A stretch of DNA of 61,244 nt, the filler included, from Dirinaria sp. TL-2023a (Eukaryota), in assembly GCA_051941275.1 (NCBI GenBank). It is 9 parts of 9 records of this genome, joined end to end, with 100 filler letters (N's around TTAATTAATTAA, not from the genome) between each part and the next. Parts side by side here need not be neighbours in the genome. Positions count along the whole stretch, not along the records: positions 6,828 to 13,551 come from JAVEBF010001427.1; positions 13,652 to 20,371 come from JAVEBF010001428.1; positions 20,472 to 27,190 come from JAVEBF010001429.1; 6 more parts are not named here. One strand, given 5' to 3'. The notes under the pieces were generated by a model that worked only from the letters and a program-made list of their open reading frames with translations, ran no database searches and was not told the DNA's origin. Below, piece by piece: positions 11,119-22,713 of the stretch (position 1 is its first letter; every line of letters begins with the position of its first letter). The translations under genes were made by a program, and so were the position numbers.

Positions 11119-13167
11119 ATGGCCCATGAATCGTGCGCCGGGCTCGAAATCCCCGCAACCGCTATCTCTACCTTCCCCACAGCGCCAGCCTCCCCTCTCT
11201 GCCGCGATAATGCACACGGTGACACATTCGAACAGCCAGCGGGCTCCGATACGGCTACCGTCGGGCATGATGATCTACAGGACGTACTTCTACCGATAGC
11301 GGTGCATGAAGATGCCGAACGGACGGCACAAGATAGGCATCGAAACCATGCCTCTACGCCAGCCATTGATGTGCCGTCTGCAAATGGTCAGCGTGGGGAT
11401 GAGCCTGTTTCTGATAACGGTCCTTATCTGGAGTCAAGGTACACGGAGGAGTCTCCGTTGGAGGAGTTCATACGAAACAGGAGGCTGTCGATTAGCTTTG
11501 ATCCTAAAATCAAACTCGACACCGGCCATGAGCAAGCTTTAGAACAGCCGTTGCCCAAGCTCGAGATCAACACCAGGCTGAGGAAACAATCCATACTGCA
11601 AGAGCTATCTAAGCCTACACCAAGATCACCTTTGTCTAGAGCGTATAGCGAGGCAGATAGCCGTGGATTTGATCGAATCACGGGAGAGCCCACGACCTCG
11701 TTAGCAAAGCAAAACCATTCTCTTGCGAGGACAAGGCCGCCTGAAAATCGAGCGCTGTATCCCCTGCTGCAGTCCACTGCCTACAGTCCCCCAAACGAGA
11801 AGGATCCGCCTGAACTTGAACAAGGAACATCTTTGACCTCGGATTCCACCACCTCTACCCAAATTTCAGAAATACAAACGCCAACAGAAGGGAGCATGGA
11901 CTGCCTCGTTTCTCCCATATCCTCCTTCTCCCCCTTTCATCACCCTGTGTCCCTTGAAGAATCTAGTGCATGGCCAAAGCCTCGGCGACAACCCTCCGGT
12001 GCTCGAGCCAAGTCCTACACCTTCGACCGTAAGCTTAGCATGCGTTCCGGCACCCGCTCTCGCCGCTCTACATCCTCGTCCATTTCACCCGCTACAGCTT
12101 TCCTCTCCAAATTCACGCCTCGAGAAGAGGCGCCGCCTGAGCCGGACAGCGAAGGCCAAGAAGTTGGAGAATATGTCCTAGGCCGGGACATTGGATACGG
12201 TGGCTTCAGCGTCGTCCGCGAAGCCTATACCATCGAAGGGGATGAACGAGTCGTCCGCGCAGTGAAAATTGTCCGCCGCGTCATCGCAAAGAAGAGCGAA
12301 CAGGAGAACGATGAGTTTCAAGCTGAATTCGAGAGAGAAGTTGGGCTTTGGCGGTGTCTAGGCCACCGACACATCCTCCCGTTGATCGCAGTCTATGTTA
12401 CTCCATTCGCAACGTTCTGCTTTACCAAACTCAACACCGGCGGGACACTGTTCGACCTCGTGCGAGCCAACCGCCACGGATTGAGCCATGACCTTGCGAG
12501 ACGCTACGCTTACCAGCTGGCATCTGCCATCAGATACCTTCACGAGGACATGCGCGTCGTGCACCGCGACATCAAGCTTGAGAACTGCTTGATCGATCTC
12601 TCCGCCCCGAACGCCGACGTCGAAGGCGGCAATCTACTCCTGTGTGACTTCGGGCTCGCAGAATTCATGACCAATACTCCACGCCGTAGATCTCCTTGTC
12701 CGTCCACGAATTCCACACCCTACGGCAGCCCCCCTTCTTCCCACGATCCGGGCGAGCTAATGAGACACCACATCGGCCCGTCGGAAACCAGCACCTCCAT
12801 AGCTGGATCTCTGCAGTATGCATCACCCGAACTCATCATGTCCCCCGCCGGCCTGCTATCTACTGCAGTCGATATCTGGGCCTTTGGCGTCGTCATCTTC
12901 GCGCTGCTGGTCGGGGACTTGCCATTCCAGCACACGTTCCAGCCGAGGGTGCAGATGAAGATTCTGGCCGGCGAGTGGGACGTCGCGGCACTGCGGGACG
13001 CGCAAGGGGTCAAGAATGCGGGCTCCGAGGATGTGGTTGAAGAGTGCGTAGCCTCGTGCTTGGATATGAACAGCGAGCAGCGATGGACCGTGGGCAAAGT
13101 GTTGGGATGTGCATGGTTGGAGGGATGTCAAGAGGTTGTGGAAGAAGCCGGTGGGTGGAAGCTATAG
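11119..13167 (+). CDS. NNK1: Ser/Thr protein kinase, Nnk1-like (682 aa, intronless)
   Basis: IGYGGFSVV, AVKIV, HRDIKLENCL, CDFGLA, GSLQYASPEL and DIWAFG motifs after a long S/P-rich N-terminus. The kinase call is certain; NNK1 orthology is from recalled motif similarity only. Confidence 0.85.
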   Translation: MAHESCAGLEIPATAISTFPTAPASPLCRDNAHGDTFEQPAGSDTATVGHDDLQDVLLPIAVHEDAERTAQDRHRNHASTPAIDVPSANGQRGDEPVSDNGPYLESRYTEESPLEEFIRNRRLSISFDPKIKLDTGHEQALEQPLPKLEINTRLRKQSILQELSKPTPRSPLSRAYSEADSRGFDRITGEPTTSLAKQNHSLARTRPPENRALYPLLQSTAYSPPNEKDPPELEQGTSLTSDSTTSTQISEIQTPTEGSMDCLVSPISSFSPFHHPVSLEESSAWPKPRRQPSGARAKSYTFDRKLSMRSGTRSRRSTSSSISPATAFLSKFTPREEAPPEPDSEGQEVGEYVLGRDIGYGGFSVVREAYTIEGDERVVRAVKIVRRVIAKKSEQENDEFQAEFEREVGLWRCLGHRHILPLIAVYVTPFATFCFTKLNTGGTLFDLVRANRHGLSHDLARRYAYQLASAIRYLHEDMRVVHRDIKLENCLIDLSAPNADVEGGNLLLCDFGLAEFMTNTPRRRSPCPSTNSTPYGSPPSSHDPGELMRHHIGPSETSTSIAGSLQYASPELIMSPAGLLSTAVDIWAFGVVIFALLVGDLPFQHTFQPRVQMKILAGEWDVAALRDAQGVKNAGSEDVVEECVASCLDMNSEQRWTVGKVLGCAWLEGCQEVVEEAGGWKL

Positions 13168-13551
13168 ATCAACTCTGGCTTCTATTTCTTTTCTATTTTT
13201 TCCTTCTTTCCTTTTTTAGGACTGTGGGCCTTTGGGAGGGACAACGTGCGTCATTCAGTTTGGTGTTGGTTGGTTTTCGTCTGGATATTACCTTGTCGTC
13301 ACTGGATACCCCATTTCGTGTATATACTACATATGACATACTCTGTTAGAATTAGCGCTTCGCTAAGCGCTACAAACTCCCTGCATCACTGAGTGTGTCG
13401 GTGGGGACTCAATTGGATTTCTCCAGCGGCTAAAGACATTGGGGCCACAGAATAGTATGATTTGAATCCATGAGGCTAAAAAGATAGAACAGTCTGTAAG
13501 AGACCACAGTATGACGTAGCAAGAACTTGTACAATATCGAAATTTGAACAC

Positions 13552-13651
13552 NNNNNNNNNNNNNNNNNNNNNNNNNNNNNNNNNNNNNNNNNNNNTTAAT
13601 TAATTAANNNNNNNNNNNNNNNNNNNNNNNNNNNNNNNNNNNNNNNNNNNN
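13552..13651. other. Artificial contig linker
   Basis: N44-TTAATTAATTAA-N44. Confidence 0.99.
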
Positions 13652-13744
13652 GTGCGGCTTAATTTAACCAAAAAGTCCAGTTGATCATGCACCCTAAAAA
13701 AAAAAAAAAAAAAAAAAACAACGGAGCAGAAGAGCATCAGATAA

Positions 13745-13935
13745 AACTGTCAGGAGCATAGCTCAACAGTGGTAGAGGGTGCAAACGAGGGAAACTCACT
13801 TCTAGGATGATGTACCACTACTCCAGGACTATTACGAATGTATATAGTTCATTCGTTAATCCCTAGTGCTTCAAGTCATCTTTGCCCGACGCCGATCGAA
13901 CACGTACACAATAAATTATCTATCACACATCGTCG
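13745..13935 (-). ncRNA. Candidate structured intronic RNA (H/ACA-like)
   Basis: Several stems are better on the minus strand because of G-U pairs. An ANANNA-type AGAUGA is at 13881-13876 and an ACA at 13750-13748. It lies downstream of the final SERCA splice donor. Confidence 0.25.
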
Positions 13936-14121
13936 AAATTATAGCATAGTTGCGAAAAGGAATCTATGACTAAGTCATGGATCGACCAAATCTCAATAAG
14001 TAACCGTCACATTTGTGGAGAACGGAAAAGAAAATAAAGCCTACTGGTAATGCTTGCAAGCAAGATTTCGTCTGACATTGTTTTGAAAAAAAAAAAAAAA
14101 AAAAAAAACGAAACGACTTAC

Positions 14122-17100
14122 ATGACCGGGGCACTGATCGCCATCACAGCCCTCCATTCGGCCAGGTTCAGAGGAACAATCGAGAATAGCGTTTGCAAGA
14201 AAGGGATGTAAAGCAGTGCAAAGTGCAGGACCATGGACAGAGTAATGGCGTAGACTAGGACCATGTTATCCCACAGTGGGAGGGTCAGTAGTGACTCGCT
14301 AGACGAGAGCGCGTTCATCGCGTTCAGCATCTCGATGACTACGAGGATCGACAGGGAGATGGTAGATGCAGCCTTTGCGCTGTCGTTGCTGAACATCTCG
14401 CAGCCGATTTCGGGGAATTTGGAGCTGCATTGGTGGAAATGAGACTGTGTGATTGGATTAGCATTTTTACTTGCTAAAGATATTAAGCTTGAAGGATGCC
14501 CTACCAATTGCCAGAAGCTGATCTTAGGCCCCCCGGAATAGAACATGAACCACCACGCGTAGCCAAATACGGTCGCACCGCCAACGTAGATGCCAATGAC
14601 CATATACCTGAAGAAGAGCCATCCACCCACCAAAGCCTCGTCGCGCTTCCTGGGTGGCCGGCGCATCACGTCGTGATCTGGCGGATTGAAAGACAGCGCT
14701 GTAGCTGGAAGCCCATCCGTGACAAGATTGACCCACAACAACTGGACAGGGATCAATGCCTCGGGCATACCCGCTGCCGCAGTCAAGAAGATCGAGACAA
14801 CCTCGCCGATATTGGAAGAGATCAGATACCGAATGAATTGCTGGGTGTTGTTGAAAATCGATCGCCCCTCTTCAACGGCGGACTCAATAGTTGCAAAGTT
14901 ATCGTCTGCCAGAACCATATCTGCTGCTAGCTTGGCAACATCTGTGCCAGAACCCATGGCTACACCTATGTCGGACTTCTTGAGCGCAGGGGCGTCGTTG
15001 ACCCCATCGCCTGTCATAGCGACAACCTCGCCATTGGACTGAAGGAGGTCAACGAGTTTTGACTTGTGTACAGGCTCCGTCCGGGAGAACAAGAGCGCAG
15101 TTTTCGCTGCTTTCAATTTTTCCTTCTCACTTAGATTATCGAACTCCCTCCCGGTGTAACTTTTGCCTTTCAGGTTTTCGTTTATGCCAAACACGCCGAT
15201 CTGACGGCAAATGCTCTCAGCCGTGTTCTGATTATCTCCGGTAATGACGACAACGCGGATACCTGCCTCTCTGCATTTGCGAATTGAATTCGCGACCTCA
15301 GGTCTAGGAGGGTCCAACATGGCAACAAGTCCGACAAAGGTCATGTTTTGTTCAATTTGCGCGTATTCCTGAGTAGATTTTGCAGAATTGAGCAGGGGAT
15401 TTGACGGGACCTCGTCAATGCTCGCTAGAGCGATAATACGAAGACCGCGATTACCAGAATCTACGACTTCCTTCGATAAGCGATCAATCATTGTCCCGTT
15501 GATAGAGACTTTCTTGCCACCAGAACCAACAATAGCATGTGAGCAGCGATCCAAGATTGATTCAGGTGCACCCTTCACGAGAAGACGCTGCCGACCTGCG
15601 TCGCCAACCAAGACAGACATGCTCTTACGGTCTCTCGAGAACTCGTATGTAGCAAGGCGAGGGTTCTTGTCCTCGTAGTATTTGCTGGCGTGGTGCAATC
15701 TCTCTTGGACCGGTAAACCTCTCGCCTTCTGGTTCATAGCTGGCTCAGGACTACCAATTTTCTCAACCAATACTCGCAAAGCACCCTCTGTTGGTTCGCC
15801 GATATTGCTGAATGTATTGTTTCGCGCGTCGAATGCCAGCGATGATTCATTGCAAAGTGCTGATACCTCTGCAATATGACGTACAGTTTTGGACGAAGCG
15901 GCGAGACTGTCAACGCGTTTGCCTTCAGAAATCAAGCCGCCGTCAGGTGAGAACGTAGTTCCCTCAACATCAATCTCTTCAAGGCCATCACCAGATTCAT
16001 TCAGGAACACCATCTTGTTTACACTCATCTGGTTTGTTGTAAGAGTGCCCGTCTTATCAGAGCATATAACGCTGCAGCTTCCAAGTGTTTCCACGGACGG
16101 CAGACTTCGAACAACTGCATTCTTGGCCGCCATCTTGCGTGTACCCAAGGCAAGGCAAGTCGTGATAACGACCGCGAGACCCTCGGGAATAGCAGCCACT
16201 CCCAAAGACACGGCTATCTTCAGATAATAGATAGCACCCTTGGCCCAGCTTCCATGCGAAGGGTCACTGAAGTGCTTAATGTTGATCAACCAAACAAGTA
16301 TGCAAATGACCGTTATAACCTTTGCCAGCATGTCTCCAAAGTCGTTGAGCTTTTGCTTCAATGGGGTAGGCTCCGAGATCTGAGAGGTGATGCTCTCGTG
16401 AATGTCGCCAATAGCCGTCGATCCACCAGTCAAAACCACCAAAGCCTGAGCATGCCCTGTGACGACCGTAGTCCCCGAAAATAGCATATTGATCTGGTCT
16501 TGTTTGACAGCACCTTTGTCTGTAATGGCTCTTGTGTCTTTACCCACGCTCTCGCTCTCGCCTGTCAGGATTGCTTGATCGACACGGAAGCTGTTGCTCT
16601 GAATGGATAGTACACGACAGTCAGCGGGTATGCGGTCCCCGACTGCCACCGTAATGACGTCTCCGGGGACAAGCTCTTCAGCTCTGATTCGCTTGACTGC
16701 ACCGTTGCGGATGACCTTGGCTTCATTGGCTGAGTATTCCTGCAATGCGGCGATGGCCTTTTCAGCGCTGCTCTCTTGCGACACGCCAACGACCGCATTG
16801 AGAACGAGGATTGTGAGTATCTAGGGCGATCAGCATCGATGCGCATTTGAACCACAGCAAGGCCTGGTGATACACACCACGAGGGGGTCAACGAAAGCAG
16901 TCCAACCTTCTTCATCCTCGAATAATGCAAGGACGAAAGAGATAGCTGCTGAACCGAGCAGTATTATAACGAGCTGGTCTTTGAACTGTTCGAGGACAAG
17001 CTGCCACAAGGGTGTTGGGGGATCCTCTGGAAGAGCTATTCAGGACATTCAGCGTTGCTCCTCAATATCAATACCGCGTAGATGTACAGTACCGTTGCGC

Positions 17101-17210
17101 CCATACTTGTCCGTTGCATGACGGACCTGGGCATCAGACAATCCATGTTGCTCGGTAACGTCGAAGTAGCGCAGCGCATTCTCTGGTGAGGAAAGGTAAG
17201 ATGCTTCCAT
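14122..17210 (-). CDS. SERCA-type (P2A) Ca2+-transporting ATPase, last exon not found
   Basis: Exons 17210-17093, 17035-16878, 16820-14505, 14444-14122. [44 protein letters not shown] and NLVTDGLPA motifs. A donor gtaagt follows ISAPV. Confidence 0.95.
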
Positions 17211-18712
17211 TATGCAAATTCCATGGAATGGACGGTACTGGTCTACAACCTAGAAATGATGGATTGAATTGGGTCTGATGAGTAAAACAGACTGCCTCAG
17301 TGAAAGAAGGGCTGGAGATGTGACGCTAATCGAAAACGCAAAAGAATGTAATCGGCGCGTGAGATAAATTACTGTATTTTGTATTTCCTTCTTATCCAAC
17401 AACGTGTCCTGAACTTTTTCCGCCTTTCAAGCCTCGAAGCGTTTGTCATCGAGCAGCGCTAGTCCGAGAACCTTAATCCGATGACAGGGATGTTGGCCTG
17501 ACCTTATGTAAGCCATGTAGGGCTGAAGAGCCTCCTCTTCCTTTGCCACATTATTTTCACCACCAGCGCGGCAATAATATGTACTTCGTGCAGAGAAAGG
17601 CTCTGCGAAGGTATAATAATAATAATCAGGTATCGAAAATTCTATGCTAGAGCACAGATTCTAGGCGATACCGTGGTACCAACGTAGAAAAATCACATTT
17701 GGGAGTTGACGGTCTAAAACTAGGCGCCAATACGAGTCCGAATGCCAAGGCCAAATCTTCAAGTCAGCAAGTCGTGATGACAGCGAAGAGCATCATCCGA
17801 ATTGGCGATTATGTTTCAAAAAGACGAATGGCATGGCTTTAGAGTTTTGTTCTCATCACATGAGCCTATTCCGTCCACAAGCATAGATACAAGCAGGTGA
17901 TACGGTGATAGCAGGATTGTTCCTAGCATACTCTACGCCGGTGCCATAGATTCTCGATAGAGACTATTTTCCACAACCAAAGTACAAAGTATCTTTTATG
18001 ATGACGAAAAGGGAAGTCGCACAATTTCTCTCGAAGTAGACGGCAGTCATGGTTCCAATCTGAAAATGCTTCAATAGTAAACATACATCGTACAAGACGA
18101 AAAATCGTAGACTAAATAATATCGTGATCTCATGGGATGATGTGCCGCGCAATCTGCCTCGAGCATATCGCAAGACGGAATCGTTGCACGGACAAATCCT
18201 GGCGGATACTACCGACGTGTTCGGGCGGATATGATTGGGAGATCTCTGGGGCAACGTAATGCAACACGTGACCAGCGCCGCCAGGCTGAAGAGAATGAAT
18301 CGCCAAACTTGCAAGCGCATCAATCTTTGCTCTGGGTAGAATCCATGGTGTTCTTGGTCCAAGCACACAATAACAATAATATAACAACAAGTGTGGACGA
18401 CTTTGACCTCTTGTTAAAGTAATCTTACCTTGAATACTAAGGTACTCAAGTGGTATCAACACAGAGTAAAGTGACGTCTTGCCGCCAAGAGAGAATCGCA
18501 TAGATAATTTCGTTACTGCGCGACCCGTTGTCTCAACAGGCGAAAGCACCTCAATTTGCTGTCCATCGAGCCATCCTCATCACCCACGCAAATTCTGAAC
18601 CCCCATCGTCCTACCCCCTACCGTTCATCAGCCACGTACTTGATTACGAGACTACACCTTCTCTTACCCTCACCAAGCGTCTGCATCATCATCAAATAGA
18701 TTTAAAGTCAAC

Positions 18713-20042
18713 ATGACAAGCGAAGTGAGTCAATCGTGCCCCTATCAAGTCCAGTCATCAGACTCTGCCCTGCGCTCCCCTTGGTCTCAGGGCCGGCGCA
18801 CATCCAAGTAACGAGACATTGCTAATACCTTTCCCCTCCCTCTTAGCGAGAGAGGTATGTTATGACCGGAAGCCATCTGCAGTCCGGGCTCCCGTTAATT
18901 AATCGCGCAGCAAGACGTTTCTTGCGAGGCTATGTGAGCAAGCCGAGCGCTACGATGGTAAGCGTTTTGGTCCCGTTCTAAGGTACCGAAAGAGCAGTGC
19001 TAATCTAAATACGCGATATGCAGAGATGGTCACGTACATGAAGGTCAGTGGAGCCGGGCTGTTACCGTTGATCATATGTTTGCTAACACGCTTGCAGGAA
19101 GTCGCGAAGGTAATCCACACTCAAACAATGCATAACCTTGTAAATGGATCTCCGCAATGCGGCTTTCCTGACACCGTAAATAGATCGGAGGCGAGCTCAC
19201 AGTCGATGAGCGAAATCTATTATCGGTGGCCTACAAGAACGTAGTCGGGACTCGGCGCGCGTCTTGGCGTATAATTTCTTCCATCGAGCAGAAGGAGGAG
19301 TCCAAGGGCACAGACAAGCACGTCGGCACCATTCGGGATTATCGTCAAAAGATCGAGACGGAGCTTGAAAAAGTCTGCCAAGATGTGCTCGATGTGTTGG
19401 ACGAATCCCTGATCCCCAAGGCGGAGTCAGGAGAGTCCAAAGTCTTTTACCACAAGATGTATGCAGCCCACCCAACTTCGTGGCAGATGGACGCTAAACC
19501 CTTGCTCTTGTAGGAAAGGAGACTACCACCGCTACCTCGCCGAATTCGCCTCAGGTGAGAAGCGTAAAGTCGCTGCTACCGCTGCGCATGAGGCGTACAA
19601 GGTGAGTTTCAATCCAAAGGTCGAGTCCATCCTTTTCAATGGCTGACAAAAAGCATAGAACGCCACCGAAGTCGCCCAGACCGAGCTGACGCCCACCCAT
19701 CCGATCCGTCTCGGCCTCGCGCTCAACTTCTCCGTGTTCTACTACGAGATCTTGAACTCGCCGGACCGCGCCTGCCACTTGGCCAAGCAGGCCTTCGACG
19801 ACGCCATCGCCGAGCTCGACTCGCTTTCCGAGGAATCCTACCGCGACAGCACCCTCATCATGCAGCTGCTCCGCGACAACCTTACCCTCTGGACATCCTC
19901 GGACGGTGGCGAGGGCGAGGCCGCGCCCTCTGGTGAAGCCGCCAAGGAGGGAGACAAGGCTGCCGCATCTGCCGAGCCCAAGTCAGAGGCGCCTGCCTCG
20001 ACCGAAGAAGGTGCGGCCGAGGCTCCTCGTCCTACCGAATAA
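18713..20042 (+). CDS. 14-3-3 protein (~281 aa, 8 exons)
   Basis: Exons 18713-18724, 18847-18854, 18911-18957, 19024-19043, 19098-19109, 19184-19458, 19514-19601, 19659-20042. [75 protein letters not shown]. Confidence 0.97.
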
Positions 20043-20371
20043 GGTCCCCCCCAAAGCACGCGACCTCTTCACTGTGCCTTCGCCCGCTGGTTTAAAAAAA
20101 AAAAAGATGGGCGTCAGCTCTCCTTCCTTTTCGAGAAACTCTAAAGCAAACGAAATTGAGAATCGGATCGAGTTTGGCTGGCTGGGCTCTTTTTTCAAGA
20201 CAAGAAATCAAAGCCCCATTCCATGTGAAAGGCGATCAGGAAGCGCGTTGTTGTGGTTTTTGTGGTTTTTGTTGTGTTTTCTTTTTCTTACACACGAGAT
20301 GGACTTTGGAATCAGCAGATATTCCCTTTTTAGCCTGCGAGAGAGAGAGAGAGAAACAACGGTAGTCTTTT

Positions 20372-20471
20372 NNNNNNNNNNNNNNNNNNNNNNNNNNNNN
20401 NNNNNNNNNNNNNNNTTAATTAATTAANNNNNNNNNNNNNNNNNNNNNNNNNNNNNNNNNNNNNNNNNNNN
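20372..20471. other. Artificial contig linker
   Basis: N44-TTAATTAATTAA-N44. Confidence 0.99.
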
Positions 20472-20737
20472 CAAGACTCTTTCAATTGATATAGAGAGTA
20501 GCCTGTCGTTGACCGAAAGATGATCAGTTTCATGAATCGAGACACTATTCATCAGAGTAGACACATCAATAAGAGCTTACCATAGTTATCTAGTAAATTT
20601 TTACCGCAATACAATATACCCCTCTCGCACCCATATTGTTGATCTTGAAGGTCAGATGATTCGATCGTGATCTTGAAGGGATTGGCAATTGCCAGCATCG
20701 GAAGGAAGACGGTGGTAATGAGCGTGCTGTACTTCAT
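20472..20737 (-). CDS. Small secreted Cys-containing protein, 3'-partial
   Basis: Signal-peptide-like MKYSTLITTVFLPMLAIA, then CERGILYCGKNLL. Intron 20580-20503 (gtaagc...ctgat...cag); continues GYSLYQLKES to the contig edge. Confidence 0.65.
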
Positions 20738-22588
20738 CTCGAAAGATGGAGCTGGCGTAAGATCCCGATAGCAAAGGACAAAGCTACTGTAGGGTTGGGA
20801 AGATGATGGCTCTAATCGGTCTTCGAGTGAGTGAATAGAGGAAGTCTCCTTGAGGAAAAGCCAGTGATTCTTATATTTCGAATAAGAACACCGGCACAGT
20901 GGATGCAAGCATGCACATGAATCACCGATTCGGTTTCTCCGAATGACAATCTCGCCATGCGTCATCCATGCAGTTTAAAAGTAAGGGGCTTTCGCAGGAC
21001 TCAGCATCACTGGAGTCCCGTGTTGACCAATGTTCGTGGACGAGCTTTGAATAGTTCCTTGATTCTATGCATGCGTAATGAGAGCAGTCTTGCAATCGAG
21101 ATATGCGTATGTTCGTGCATCGGCGGGACTTCGGTTACGAACAGGCCCGAACACAGAAGCTCCCAAAGCGTTCAAAGCGCCGTGGCCATCCCGCAAAGTC
21201 CTGCCTATGGTGTAAGTAGACTCGGCATGGCCGAAAAGATGGGAATGTAGGGTATTCCATGCCATTTTGTCAAAGGCGCCGCTGTTCTGGTTCTGGTGAT
21301 GCATAAGTGGACATTGTTGGACTTGCGTTTCCATGGCTACCAAGCTCGCTCAGTATATGTCTTTCTTCTGATCGAATGTCAGATACCTCTACGTCTTGGT
21401 ATTGACGCTCGTTTGCGGTTTACTCATTCGTCAACACGAGCATCTTTCAATATTATCTAACACAGTCGCTATCGTTGGTCCATGTTGTATCGAGCCGATC
21501 TAGTTCCAGGATGCTTGCAACTCTGCTGATCTATTGATCCTTGTTCTATTACGTATACGTCACGTGAGCAGCTATCTCGTTTTTCGACCCAGTCAGCTTT
21601 GCTCGATGATTTTCGCGTTGTTTTTTGATTGTATTTATCAAATAACGATTATCACAGTGACACAGTGACACTTGCTGAGTTTTAGAGATTGCAAAATATA
21701 TCGCTGTATTTGTTCCTAAACCAGAAGATATAGTATAGGATGTAGTAAGATATGTATATGCGAACGATGTGGGTGGGCGTGCGCCGGGTACGCCAAATCG
21801 TTCTCTCATGACCAACCGATTTGCTTCGCGCGATCAACTCTGCATGCTCGTCAAAACGCGTCTAGACACAGTATGTACGGAGTATGGAGTACATATTGTT
21901 CTCGGTGACAGGTGTGGGGAGGGTCTCCTATTGATTGTCATTGCTAATGCGGAGCTAACAGAGATATGGTGAATAGAAACTGCATATCCCCGGCTTCTCC
22001 GTACCCGCCTGTACCTTAAAAGAAAGGTCAGGTTTGGTTCTTACTGGAGCTACTTTTAAGTAGGGGCCTAGCCAAAGGTAACGGTGTTTTGGTAGCATAC
22101 CTGGGGACAGAAGTCAAAAGACCATATTATTTTTTCTAGCTAGAATAATCAGCTACTATTACCACCTATCCTAGGGTTTGGCATGCGCCCGAGACCTGCC
22201 GCATGACACTGCTGCAGCGTTTAGAGAGCCTCCGAGGTTCAATAGACGAGTTGATTCAGACCAAAGCAGCAAGGTAGCCCGGTGTGCGGCGGGCAAGATC
22301 CGACGCCTAGGTATCTAGGTATCTTTAGTTCGGGTTTGTCTGCTCGTGAGGGCGGGAGATGAATTAGGGTTAGGGTTCAGAGACTTGATGCAGCATCCAA
22401 TCGAGCCAATCAAGTTTCCAGCGAGGAATGATTTCAATGAACCTCGGTCCCTTCGGTCCCTCGGTCCACCGTCACAAGTGGAAATACCTTAGGTATGTAT
22501 CTTACAATACATTATCACCGCACCATCACATTTCCTGTCATTAGCATCTGGCGTCATCCACCTTCTTGTATCCCATCATTTCTGTGTT

Positions 22589-22628
22589 GCATAGCAGAGC
22601 ATTGCATAGCATAGCATTGCATAGCATA
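22589..22628. repeat. (GCATW)n pentanucleotide microsatellite
   Basis: gcata/gcaga/gcatt units upstream of the PAF-AH start. Confidence 0.8.
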
Positions 22629-22713
22629 ACGTGGCGTTCCTGTCTGATGTACATAACATCGCAAAGTAATCGTTCTCAGACTTCTATAGCTCCTAGGTCA
22701 CCTGCTCGTCATC

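Noticed and set aside
13752..13873. tRNA-like start (ggagcatagctcaacagtggtagag...tgcttca) on +
   Set aside because: No canonical T-arm (GTTCRA) or anticodon arm. The pairing is better explained on the minus strand.
17998..18063. C/D snoRNA-like ATGATGA...CTGA
   Set aside because: Weak terminal stem, and the best rRNA complementarity I could recall does not fit the D+5 rule.
22364..22377. TTAGGGTTAGGGTT as telomere or telomerase-RNA template
   Set aside because: Only two repeats, in a promoter-like context. No pseudoknot or CR4/5 element is recognisable, so it is more likely a factor site or chance.
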